This document shows, in pieces, positions 12,349-25,288 of a stretch of DNA of 64,000 nt (the stretch's first letter is position 1; the number at the start of each line of letters is the position of its first letter). The notes beneath the pieces are model-generated. The model worked only from the letters and a program-made list of their open reading frames with translations. It did no database searches and was not told the DNA's origin. Source of the DNA: Rotaria socialis (Eukaryota); assembly GCA_905331295.1 (NCBI GenBank), contig CAJNYD010000068.1, forward strand, positions 1 to 64,000, in the 5' to 3' direction. Made by a program: the position numbers and the translations under genes.

Positions 12349-15300
12349 TTATTTTCGATGATATGCACGAGTACCAGTAATACCTTCATCATCCATCTGT
12401 TCTACAAAAAAAACGACAGAATTTACGTTTTTATTTCTTTGAAATCTTACCAATAGGTGTGACAGTTGATTTAGTTGCAAAGATTTTGCGTCTTGGTCTT
12501 TCGTTCATATCGTCGAATGTTTCGGCTGCTGTTGACATTGTTGATTTAACCGCAAATGCTCGACGTTTCGGTGGTGACGAAGGATCTTCTTTTGGAGCTA
12601 TGAGTTGCGGTGGTGGAGGAGGAGGTGGTGCAATAGGCTCGGCCGGTAGGGCTTGTTGTAAAATAAATTGTTGTTGCTGTTGAGGATGTCCTTGTGTAAG
12701 AACTGTATATTGTGTTCCACCAGGTGATGTACACAAAGTCGCAACTTGTTGTTGCTGTTGATTAGGATCAATCTGTTCGATTGTCAATGGTGTATTTGGA
12801 TCGATACCAGCTTGAGCAAGTAATGCTTGTAATTGTGCTTGATCGAGTGCAAATGGAGAAAGAAATGTTTGAGTTTGGGCTTGTTGAATTGATATTTGAT
12901 GACCATCTCAAATAATAACATAGCATATTAGATACTTGTCTTTTCCGAGAATAAGTAAATTTCGCTTATAATAAATACTTACCCCCATCGACAATAATGG
13001 CTCCTTGTGAACCAAGCAATTGCTGTGCTTCTTCAGTTGATAGAAGAACTGTATGTTCAACGCCATTTTCATCGATAATATTAGCTGTGATTGTGCCCAT
13101 TTGTTGCATTTGATTTTTCTGTCCATCCTCTTCACATTGAACAGTTTCTTCGTTAGCTATATTCGATGGTGTTTCATCATTCATCATGTTCATATCATCA
13201 TCATGTTGTTGTGCTTTACGTCGTGCATCAGCGGCCATTGTGACATCGGCTGCTGTTGCTAAAACATGTGCGGCTTCCATCGTATCTAAATCTGTATTAA
13301 TTGGTGTTATGGTTAAACCTTTACCCGAATTTTGATCATCATTATTTATTTGTATACGACCTGGGGGACGGGACCATGCAAATGGTTTGTTTGTTGCTGA
13401 GTTGGATGCTGTTGAATTGGCTTGTGAACTTGTTGATGATGGCTTTGGTAAGATTTTCTTTTGTTTCGGTGTATCAACAGGAAGCTTAACTGTAAATGCT
13501 AATGTTTGATTTTGTGATGTTCCTGAATTAGCTGATGATGATGAATTTTCAACTTTCGCTTGTTGAACAACAGCGACTGGCAGAACTTGTTGTTGTTCAG
13601 ATGCAAGAACAGAAAGAACTTGTTGATTCTTTTGATCTTGTTGCGGCATGTTAACAAAGAATATTTGTGATTGATTAACACCATCACTTAATTGTGCATC
13701 ATTTATTTTTGCAACAAACGTATTACCAGCATTCATCGAAGTTGTATGCGTTGTTGGAAGACGATTCATTGTTGTTGTCGTTGTTGAACGTGATTGTTGT
13801 TGGTGGTGCTGTTGTTGTTGTTGTTGATGATGATGATAATAATCATCATCCTAGAAAAATGAAATATAAATATGGTATGTCTGTAGCCTTGGCAATCTAT
13901 CTTCCGGATAGATTGTTTTTAAGTATATGAATAAACTATTCAGTGTAAAACATTAGAATTTTGTTTGAGCGGTATTATTTTCTTACTTTATATACTGGAT
14001 GATTTCCATTGTTCATTCCAATACGACGATTCCCAATTGGTTGTCGGACATCATTATTACGACGATAAGCTTGTGTTAAACTCATACGACGATTTTTATC
14101 ATATTCCTCATCATCAGCCATGTCATACATAGGTCCTTGAAAAGAGAGAAAATAATGATTGTCTAATAAAAGAAAAGAAAACGTTGTTTATTTACTTGTT
14201 GATCTATAAGCAGTTTGTTTTCTTGGGCCATATCGTGAATTGGCATCTTCATACTGATCATAATCATCATCGTCATCATCATTATTCCAATGACGTCTTG
14301 AACCTGGTGGTCGTCCACGCATACCTGTTCCGCGTCGCCCAGGATAAGTTCCACGTCCACGATAATTTGGACGTTTTGGCAAATAATTACCCTTGGGTAC
14401 ATAATCATAATCAGTAGGTTCTTCAGTAGTTGTTGGCAAATGTTCTACCTCTTCCTCTTCATCAGCTTTGCCCTGTTGATCACTCATCCATTTAGGTCGT
14501 TTTATATCTGGCTGCTGCTGTTGTTGTTGTTGCTGCTGTTGAGGTTGTGGTTGAAAACGTGATTTCAGTGTCGTACTTTTAACTGCATAAACACGAGGAC
14601 GAGGTTTATCATCTTCGCCTGTTGTTGTTGTTGTACTCATTTTTGTACCCATATCATTATATGAATAATCAAAATCATTTTGAAATGCATTATTTAATGT
14701 AATAACAGAGCTACTTTTTTTCGTTGAACGTTCTTCAGTATTATTATTTGTATCATTATTTGCTGCTGAATTATCAATTGGCTGTCCTGATAAAGCATCA
14801 AAATTCGTTAAACGTGGTATAATAGCACGTTTACGTTGTGCCGTTGGATCTGATTGTATTGTTGAAGATGAATATTGATCACGTGTTTCATCTTTTGGGA
14901 TACGACGTTTAAGTATTTCAATGGACATTTTACTTGAACCTTTCCACACAAAATCAACTGAATCATCACTAAAATCGTCTTGTTCTGGCGAACCGAATTG
15001 CATAAGATCTTTATCATCAACTTTTGTATTAGTATTATCTTCCATGGACTTTTTAATATATTGACGTTTTATTGATGGAGATGGAACAACATTTTCTGTT
15101 TCATTTTTTTGTTGTTCATCTAATGTTGAAGACGTTGTTGAAAGCATTTTTGGTTTTCGACCACGCTTTTTCGGTGTAATGATAATTGGAGGAGTTGAAT
15201 TTATTTTTATTTTTTCACGAATTTGACTGACAGGTGTGTTGGTTTGAGAGCCAAGACGTGATGCACGACGTGTAACTGGTTTTTCGTATGAACGTTTGCC

Positions 15301-15576
15301 TGGGCGTTTCTTTTCTTCTACTTCACTATTGGATGAAGATATTGATGCACGTATAGGAGTTTCTTCGAGTTTGGGAGTTTTTGGTGGACGACCACGTGGA
15401 CGTTTGGATAGAATCGGTGTATTCGATTTACGTACAAGTGTAGGTTTTGTATTGTGATCTTCGTCGTCAGATTGAAATGTATATTTATCTTCTTCTTGTG
15501 AAGGTTTTGCAGTTGATGATAATGAACGAGTCGACGGTCGTTTTAATGGAGATAATATTATCGACTTTTTACTCAT
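12349..15576 (-). CDS. AT-hook, low-complexity (Q/D/T-rich) nuclear protein, about 5 exons
   Basis: ORFs 14188-15591, 12966-13769 and 12431-12787 are joined by short GT-AG introns. Likely start is MSKKS at 15576 and stop TAA at 12349. AT-hooks KRPRGRPPK, KKRGRKPK and RGRPPG, an RG-rich segment and poly-Q tracts. Confidence 0.75.
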
Positions 15577-18500
15577 GATGATAAATGACACGCGATCAGC
15601 ATGAGCTTTTCGCGGCCGATAAGTATTAACAATAAATTAAAAAACAAAAAATATATTATCTAGAAATAAAAATTTTTATTTAATAAAAACATTTTTCCGA
15701 CAAGAACACGTTTGTTTTATCAAAATCACTTTCTTATTTCAATAATTCTAGTTTAACTAGAAAATAAAAATTTGAATTGTCAAATAGCCGCAATTCAATT
15801 GGCTACAATTAGACGTGAGAAAAAATATTTACTTTTGAAACAATAAGTTTAAAAAAAACCCAAAATAATTTATTCAATTTAGCTCCATCTTTCTTACTTT
15901 ATTTAAATCAGATCTTTGTGCAACTTTTTTTCAACTAATAAAATAACCTTCGATCAATGCACAAATATCTTTTTTGAAATGAACTCATCGACAGACAAAG
16001 AATAAATGACAAAAGAGGGCATGTGTAGTCGGAGAAAAAAGATCGCCATCGTCGTTTCAGGAGCCTCCTCAAGGTCAGTCAACAAAGACATGAGATAATC
16101 TACCAATCAAATAATTACAAAATATTGTATTTTAATTAATTAATTTGAAGAAGAATTTTTCGATTTTTAAAAGATATTTTCGATTTTCTGCATGCGAAAA
16201 AACCAAACATTACTAGCGCTACCTGTCAACATATGCCAGACAATTAGTAGACTTCATAACCAATCAAAAATAAGCATAACGATTGACAGACAGTCAGGGC
16301 CAAGGCCAGAATATCTTATTAGGGTATGTGCACCAAAAGAAAGCAAAACGTACGCAATAAAATTTGATATATAGAATAGTAAATTACTTCTGATAGGATA
16401 ACGATGTCGATTCTTTTAGTAAAACATTACAGTTAACCAAAAAATATTCCCTTGAAATTAATTCAATTTCTTTTCGATTGGTTGTGCTTGTTATCATTTT
16501 CAATTATCAATAGGTGCTTGTAAAAAATAAAACAAAGATTATTTTTTAACACACTTTTTATACAACGATATAATTAAGGCACTATTTACGAAACGATGGC
16601 AATTATACATAAACATTAATGGTATAGAGGAAAGACGAAAAAATGCACTTTTTTGTGAATGGTCCGTGAAAATAATTTTACAATACTAAAAACTGAACAT
16701 GAACTACTGAAAAATTGATAAATGTGCTGTACAAATATATTTTTTGACAGAATTATACATCAACCTATAATATTAATCGACAACATTCGCAAAAGAGTAG
16801 TCTATTTGGATTCCAGTTTGTTTAGAAAGTCAAAAGTTTGAAGATTGAGTTAAATCGCTATGAAATTATTTCGATCGTTATGCAACAGCCGAATGTTAAC
16901 TTCTTTATTTTTTTCTCTATATAAACATTGATCTCTATATAGATTTATTAAAATGTGTTGATCAAGATACTACTAATTTATGAAACTATCGAGGAGTCAA
17001 TAATAATTTACATTTTCAAGTGTGTATCCGAAAGAAATCTATCAAATGGCATCATTTTTAAAGTTAATGCATCTGTTAGAAACGCAAGGAGATATTCTTT
17101 TCAATGACCTTAAAATAAATATTAAATAAGCATTTGATTGACGAACGAAGGTCTTTCATTTTTCTGAAAAACTTAATTTAAATATCAAGAGTATTTCTAT
17201 CACAAATATCATATTACTTGTTACTGTGATATGTTTTTCGAATGCGATACAAGTCTCTTATAATTTCTACAGGCGCTCATTGAGATCTTTGACATATCTC
17301 TTGTCTTCACTGACTTTCTTTTTTAAAATCTAAATGATTTTTCGATATTTATAAATATATATATGAACTATAAGAAAGTTGACTATAGCAGTCAAGGAGG
17401 AGGGGGGGGGGTGGAACTTATTCGAACATTTCTATCCATTTCTAGCTATTCTGAAACATTCTCTGATAGGAATAGACCATTTTACTTGATGGGAGTTAAT
17501 CAATGATACTTATTAAGTGGTTTTATTTAATATTAAACTTAAAGTATTTTGTTTTGTTCTAAGCACTTCATATTTGATACTTATTGTCAATTGATGACTG
17601 TAGACTTAGTTTTAAATTAATGTAAATGGTTCACTGTATCTGTCTTTAGAAGCTTGCCGTTTTCTAAAGGTTACAGTTTTTCATTGAAGTCAATTTATGT
17701 CATCTTAATCTCAGTTACCACATATTCATAAGTAGTGGTATCAAGCATTAAAAAATCAATAAGTTTTCATTGAGTGGAAACTACGCTATGCCCAAGTTTC
17801 ACAAAAAATAAAATATCGATGTGATGACAAAATATTATTTGATATGTAGAGTAGTTGTATTCTGAACGGGCAGCAAGGATTTGATCTCTAGATCTCGAAA
17901 AAAAATATTTTTTCTCAAGCACTGTGATACTATGTTTTTGCTGACCAATTTCCAAAAAACTAGCAAATTCTCCACAAGTCCGGTTAATTCTTGTACGAGT
18001 TCTCTGATCAGTCAATCAAATTCTTACTTTCATCTAGCTTTGGTGACCAGCGATATTCACGGCTTTGGCTTATTTTAAATCATATTCACTTGTTTGACAG
18101 TTAATGTCTGTTTTTCTATAATATTCGGTAACCTTCCAGGTTAATAAAATGCATATATACAATTTAAGTGTCAATAACAGTGAATAGAATATCATTCCTA
18201 TCAGATCTGTGACATGAATTTTTGTGATTTACTTGTTTTGAACATTATCCATTTAATTCGAAAATAAAAGATATTCTTAATCTCTATTATTTGTATAGCC
18301 ATCTATCTGACAACACATGCTTGCGTATATGAGGTTATTTATTACAGTCAGAAATCTCCTCTCTCGTGCATATGAACAATCAGATTTTTACTTGTCGATT
18401 TTGCTTTATGCTGAGAATCAATTTTCGAACCATTTCGTCTATTTTGCGCCTTACGTTAGAATAATAATTAATATATCTATCTATATCTATGTATATCAAA

Positions 18501-19008
18501 TCGAAAGAGTATATGTTTGTGATAAAATTACTTTTCTTTAGTTTTCTAAAAATACTGCCTAGTGAACCTTTCAAGTCGAAAATTTTATTCTTAAATAGGT
18601 CTGTTGAATAGTAAAATATTGTAGCATTTTTTTAGCTTCAATGAAACAGCTCTTCTCAATGTATTCACTTTTTCAAGAACATGCCATTTTCTTCTGAAAA
18701 CAATAGAGAAGCGAAGTTTTTGAAAAAAGTGAGGATAATGAGAAGAACGTATTTATTATGACTAAAAATGTCAGGGTATTTTACAGTTCAGTACACCTAT
18801 TAATTAAGAAAATTTCAGGCCAAAAATTGTTTATTTCACTTTTCTGGAATTCCCGCTCTTCGCTAATAAGCATTTCGCTAATCATGTGCGAAAGTATAGT
18901 CGTTTTTCGCCAATATTGGCTACAGTTGAGTAGACGCTTGCCAGTTAATGGAGAACAAGACGAAAGGGGGATATATGCGAGAACTATGCTTAGTATATCA
19001 AAATGTAC

Positions 19009-20640
19009 TCTAGGTCGAGAAGTCCGGACTGATTCTAGTGAAGGAGCCGGGGTGGGGGGAGGGAGGGCTCAGCCCCTAGCCAAATTTTTGAGGGATGAAT
19101 TTGCTTTTATAAAAAGATGTATAAGTCTTTGCAATTGAATATTTGAATACTTTAGCTATTGTGTGAAGCTCGTAGCTGTTTCGGAAGAGAATACAATACT
19201 GTAATTCTAATTCCCAATCAGGTTCTAGAGGTTATAATCTATCCTTCCAACACATAACTAATGATTGAAAGATTGTCAGATAATATTTTCTTCATTACCA
19301 CTCACCTAGAATGCATTTCAGACGAGTCGAACGTTATTCCATGACTAATGATTTGCACTTTTTCGAAGATGGGCTTATAAATATTGTGGATACTCTTATT
19401 CGAATATAGTGAAGGATTTAGTGCAGAGCGTGAAACGTTACTTTCCATGGTGCGCTAACAATTTTTTGTTTGAACCGTAAGCTACTTTACAAATATGTTA
19501 AGAATTGTCGAAATCCGTCATTTTCTGGAGCGGACACTTCCAGAAAAAGTGGGTCATTAATTTAAACTAGCTTTACATCAATTAATTCTGCACGCCTTTC
19601 TTAAGAGCTCCTCGTAATGTTACATGATTTTTGGCGAAAAGTCGATTTTTTAGAAATGAGTTTTTGGAAGAACAGTAACTGAGATGCCTTAGGGAAAGTC
19701 AAACAGCTTCATATAGTACATTTTTTAGGATATCTTCTGTTCTGCAAGCTGATTTATAGGGCCGGATACGAAGTTTTCGTTTCGAACTGGAAGCCAAAAT
19801 ACAAAAATGAACGGAAAAAATTCTATCTTAGCCTATTGGTTTGGTTTTCTGAGGACTATTTCACTGATCACTTTCAAAGAAAAACAGAGAATTCTAGGTC
19901 AATTTCCAAATCGGTCACCAAATTTTGATAGTAACTAATAATAGTTTTGAGCTAGTCGAAAATTTCTTTCCGTCGAGTTACAAGGGAAAAAACATTTTGC
20001 CTGAAAACTTTCCGATCACGCATGAATACATTTTTGGATTAGATAAAACCACATCTTTCAAAAATCTCTTCAGATATGAGTAATAGTCGACAAACAATAA
20101 TAGTCAAGTTTTTAAACTTTTTCAGTTTTGATTGATCTTTTCAATTTTTTTTTCTTTTTTGGGCATTAAGAACATGCTTCAGTTGGATGCGGTTTTGCTG
20201 CACTATCAGATATAATAATCGTAAACATTTTTGCAACCCATCTGTATCGATAAATACGCGATTTTATTTTGGGGTTGATATTGTAATGACAAACTGGATA
20301 GAGGTGGAGTAGCTTACCGCCACTCACGGCAATGATGTTTATTCGCTTCTTCACATATCCAGAGTGTAACAACTTTATACATAACACAAGTATATATATA
20401 GGAGAGAGGCAGGAGAGAAAGAGATATTAGAACAATGGAAGGAGAGCAGAAGAAGGAGGAAGTAGAATCATCGAAGTGTGCCATCAATATCGGCACATCA
20501 TCCTATTGAAAAAATCAAAGTACATAGAAAAAATTGTCTTATGACTCAATAGATGAGGGGGCTGAGCTCCCTTAGACCAAAATCCTGACTCCGCCACTGG
20601 CTGATTCCCATAGGAAAACACAGGAAATCATCGACTTGGG
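19009..20640. mobile_element. Short degenerate CMC MITE split by a hAT insertion
   Basis: TCTAGGTCGA at the left and TCGACTTGGG at the right flank the hAT element and resemble the CCCAGGTCGA family termini. Confidence 0.45.
19036..20599. mobile_element. Non-autonomous hAT-type DNA transposon
   Basis: Ends TAGTGAAGGAGCC...GGGCTCAGCCCC and GGGGCTGAGCTCCC...GACTCCGCCACTG. The 8-bp TSD actgattc/gctgattc matches at 7 of 8. No intact transposase. Confidence 0.7.
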
Positions 20641-21785
20641 ATCTTAATGTATATATTACAACACTAATAGCGCCAAATATTGCATATTTGAAATTTTACT
20701 ATGTTGTGTCTCCATCTTATTACTAGTATTAGCTTGGAAAAAACGTAAGGTTCTTGGTGGCTATTGATATTTTTTAGGCGACTCGTGGATATCGCATTTC
20801 GTAGAGAACTCGTCCTCATTCTGATTGATAAAACATTTGAGATTATCCTTTCATTGTCAACGGTTCCTACCTGTGTATCATAAGTAATCTGTATGTACTA
20901 TAACTATCAAAATCTTTCGTCTATATGTGTCCAGTGAATTTACAAGAGAAGCGTGTTTCAGGACATGACGTATGACAAAAAATCAATATATGTAATTTCG
21001 TTTATGAATTTGTTGTAGATGTATAATGAACATCCATGTTTCTAGCTAGTACCTGAATAGTTAATGAAACGAACACTATTGAATTTCACAGTGGTAAAAG
21101 AACAAATGGTATTAAAGCACGTAGAAAAGTAAATAAATAAAGCAGCTAAAAAACATAGATGAATCACTGAAATGTTATTAAGAGATTAGAACACAAAAGA
21201 AGAGGGGAAATTACAGTAACATTTATTAACGCAAATAGTTTCTTCCCTACGATCGATTGAAGAAGCGCTGTTGAGGAGTAATTTGTCAGTGATTATATTG
21301 GTTATACGGTTGATACGTAAAAATAGATTTTCTTGGAAAACTAAGACCTGCTCGCAAAGTTGATTGCGGGCGAAGATAACTCGATAAAGTATTTGTAAAT
21401 ATGTAGAATAATATGAGTTCAAAATAAATTATATTATATAAATGAAAATCCTTTTTTTTGTAATGAAACAGAATTTACTATTCTTGTTTTATCTTTCAAT
21501 AGAACAAACTATAATATGAAATATCATGAATCAATATATATTGATAATGCCTATAATGTTTCAATCGGAAGCTCGAAAAAATCAAATCATGACTATTTAT
21601 CATTATTATTATGAAACAGTGAATAGCAATAACATTGAAAACCTTTCACTGGTTACAAAAATAACAATAATCAATTTTATTTCATAACGAAAATAGCATT
21701 TTCCTTTTATATAGAATTATAAATCCGACTGCTCCTACAATGATTAATATACTAAATAATAATTTTGCAGTAGATCGAGTCGATA

Positions 21786-22044
21786 CTCACGTTAATGATT
21801 CCGGAGGACGGACACTGTAGGAACTGACCAGAAAGATGCGGAAAAATCACCGTATCTGACAGGAAAGCCCAGGAAATCGCTACAAATTGGAAGCAGTATT
21901 CCGGTCAGTTTTCTATGCTTCCCAGCTGGAAGATGATTGGAATTCATAGGAAAAATCCGTCAATTTCCGACCGGAATACTGCTTCCACTTTCCAGCGATT
22001 TCCTGGGCTTTCCGGTCGTTTCCCACCGTACCTCTATGACCTAG
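21786..22044. mobile_element. Degenerate MITE related to 23000-23246
   Basis: Internal inverted repeat GGAAAGCCCAGGAAATCGCT..TGGAAGCAGTATTCCGGTC / GACCGGAATACTGCTTCCA..AGCGATTTCCTGGGCTTTCC. Shares GACCGGAATACTGCTTCCA with the 23 kb copy. Boundaries are approximate. Confidence 0.6.
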
Positions 22045-22999
22045 AATTAAGAGATGAAAAGGAGTTGTTGACGAAAAAATACACATCTTTCTATTGTTTC
22101 CAGGAAAAAACAAATTTTGTGCGACAAATTGCTGCACGATACAGGTGAGCATACAAGAATCATGAAGGAAATTGTGAAACATAGGAGATGATTAAAAATA
22201 TTTTACTGCGGTTTTATGTTATAGGGTTGAATTTGAAATATGTGGGTCATACTTATGACTGACAAAAATAGATCATACGTTATTCATATTTTTTTATTTG
22301 TCAGTCTATATCGCTTCATTGAAAATCATTTGAGTTGGATGGTGCGAACTTTTCTAATGAATTGAGCTTTTTATTGGGATGAGAGATCTAATCTTCCATC
22401 GATATCATCACTTCTATTTCGCAATATATCAACAACATTGTAAAATAATTCTTTTTTATTATACTTGCTTCATTCAAGCAAGCATTGTTTTGTTTTTATT
22501 GATTGAGAATATTTTTCTCAAGTTTTCTTTAACTGTTTCAAGTAATAGTAGCATGGTGTAAATCAATTGCCGCACGGTTATAACTGAATGGGACGATAGG
22601 CTGGATGATCATAAAAACTGATTCATATGCTGAGAATTTTTGTGGCTTTCTTAACAAATTCATTACACCTAATCGCAAGTGCTTCTAGATAAAGTCCTAT
22701 ACCAATTATAATTTTCTAATTTTTTCATTCGCATATTTGTGAGATAAAGGAGAAAATAAATCGTTTCACCGTACGATTAGTTTGAAGATGATAACGATGA
22801 TACCGATGAGTGTATACTTATCTGTTTAAAAATGCATTTTTTTCATCGATTTATTATTGTAGTGCATTTCTTGATCACTGGAAATTACATCAGCAATCTT
22901 GTACTTTGCAAAAATAGTCATATATTATAGCTTCAACACTATTCTTTTGTAGTAAAATTTGAGAAGGTGCCATATGACTATTAAAAGTTAGATCAAGTA

Positions 23000-23246
23000 C
23001 CCAGGTCGAACAATTCGGCCTGGAAACGGCCGGCTTCAGGTAGTTCCGTTGATTTTCGATCAATTCCTGCCGGAAAGCACCGGAACTTGGCAGAGCTTAT
23101 CCGGGAAAAGTCCGGCCGTATTTTTGACCGGAATACTGCTTCCATGTTCCATCGATTTCCCGTGTTTTCCTGCCGGATATGGTGACTTTCCAGAATATTT
23201 CTTGGAGTATCCTACGGGATCCGGCGGCCGGAATGTTCGACCTGGG
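23000..23246. mobile_element. CMC-type MITE
   Basis: ta-CCCAGGTCGAACA...TGTTCGACCTGGG-ta: perfect 13-bp terminal TIR, TA TSD and a GC-rich CCGG-repeat interior. Confidence 0.85.
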
Positions 23247-25288
23247 TATTTTGTCATGACGAAAATATATTAATTCCCATGTGTTACATTTTTATGAGGG
23301 TGATAATAAGGGTGGTTAGATAGGATATCTTCTAGTTTTGGTCACCCATTAACAGTCATAAATCTGTGATGTGTTCGGTTCGTCGAAAGCTATATTTTGT
23401 GTTTCTTATATTCATTATACCTGTGAACTTTATTATCATATGCGTTAAATAAAGCTGTTTTGATTTGTTTTCGATGAGAAACTTGACTATACTATTAATC
23501 TATAGCACGCGAATAGCGAATTATGTTAATATGATTCTTTATAGTGATTAATATGCAAATTTGAATCGCTGTTGTATTTGTATCTTATGTTCATTTGATC
23601 AAAATTTTCATCCAAGAGATTCGATGAGATATATGTATTTTTGTAAATTTGAATCCCAGATATCTATATGTTTGCTGTTTGTTAAAGTATCGCTTAAATC
23701 TTCGTGACGATAAAGTTACCGTTCTTAGATGCTTAATTTCTGAGAGTGTTATTTGTTTAATTGTACGACTGTTCATATTCAATTCTTCCGTTTCAAATAT
23801 AACATTTTGTTTTCTTGCATTAATATCTGAATGAATAATATCTAGTATACAGAATATCTTGTTCATCGAAATACATTACTAATTCAGTATTATAATCTTC
23901 AAAAAAAATCAATTATATAGGTGTATTTATAACTTGATGATTAGTAGCATTAGCAATAGGTCACTTTGTAGTATGAAGTATCGCATTCGATTCAAATAAA
24001 AACATTTGTGTAGCTGCAATGCGTTAATACTGCTGACTAGTTCCTTTATTAACAAATACATTACTTAACGTAAGCAAGCTTTAGAAACATAGATGCTTAA
24101 AACCAAGGAGTTGTATTTCGACATTGTATTGGTCACTCCTACGGAAACACTTTGATTTTTCAATAAAATACCTAGTAGCCATATGAATGTTTTGAGTAGA
24201 AGAAACAATACTTCTGTTCAGATAAACCGTAATTTTACTATTCAGCAGCTGCTGTTAATCCAGGTATGCAGCAGATTAGTTACAATGAGTATGTTGCAAA
24301 GAGCACTGGTTGCCAGTTTATGTTGAGCGGGAAAAATATCTTTGCATATTGTTGAAATTTTGGTTAGTTTATATCATAATGTGAATAATCAGACAGATAG
24401 TAGAAATCTTCAAAACATTTCCCTCTATTCTTTTTTGTTCGATATCACCTTTAACGAGTAAAGGTACATCAACGAAACGAATAATCAATTTAGTTCAATC
24501 TTTAAAACATTTCATTTTTTCTGTTCGAGAGACAATCTAAAATTATGTAAAAATAGTTCCTGCTCTGTATCTCAAGATATCAGATGATCAAATTGTTTAG
24601 TTTGATATGAATTTAACTTAAGGATAATCACACCCTCATGTAAACTGGGGAAAAGTAGATGTCTTTTTATGAAGAGATAGTGAAGTCACAAAGAGAAGTC
24701 CATAGACCAATGAACAAAGATCTTGTTTTAAGTTAAAAGCAATATAGTGCCATCTGTTGACATTAACAAATCACCATATACCTGTGATGATGAAGGTTCA
24801 AATCTATTTCTAAAATTGAAATGATTACCTATACGAGAACTAACTTACTTTTCGATTTACAGATACTATTCTGTATACTTTTGAAACTGCAAAGAAAATC
24901 ACCGATATTTTTTCTTCTAACATGAATTTGATCAGTCTGTATTTATTTCAAATAAAAATCTGCTTTTCAGAAATAAATATTTTATTTTTATTTTTCACTT
25001 GAAATATTTTCTTATTATATCAATAGTCCTGCATAAAGAAACACGCATCACACTAATTGAAATACTCTATTGATTTGTATGTTTATGTACACAGCTAACC
25101 CAAAGAAAAACAACGAAATGAATCAATTCATCGTGCGCAGATTAACAATTAAATCAGCAAAAAAACTCTAACGCAGAAATATAAACTGTACAAACAAACA
25201 ATAGACAAGGCTTGAATCAAACAATATATATATATATATATATATATATGTTTACTGTTATAGGACAATATTTATTTCAACAATAAAT

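Noticed and set aside
16480..17100. Faint resemblance to a MULE/SWIM transposase remnant
   Set aside because: Too degenerate; no TIRs, TSD or convincing catalytic motif.
23591..23866. 91-aa minus-strand ORF, possibly a relic of an F-box/LRR-like family
   Set aside because: No clear motif or gene structure.
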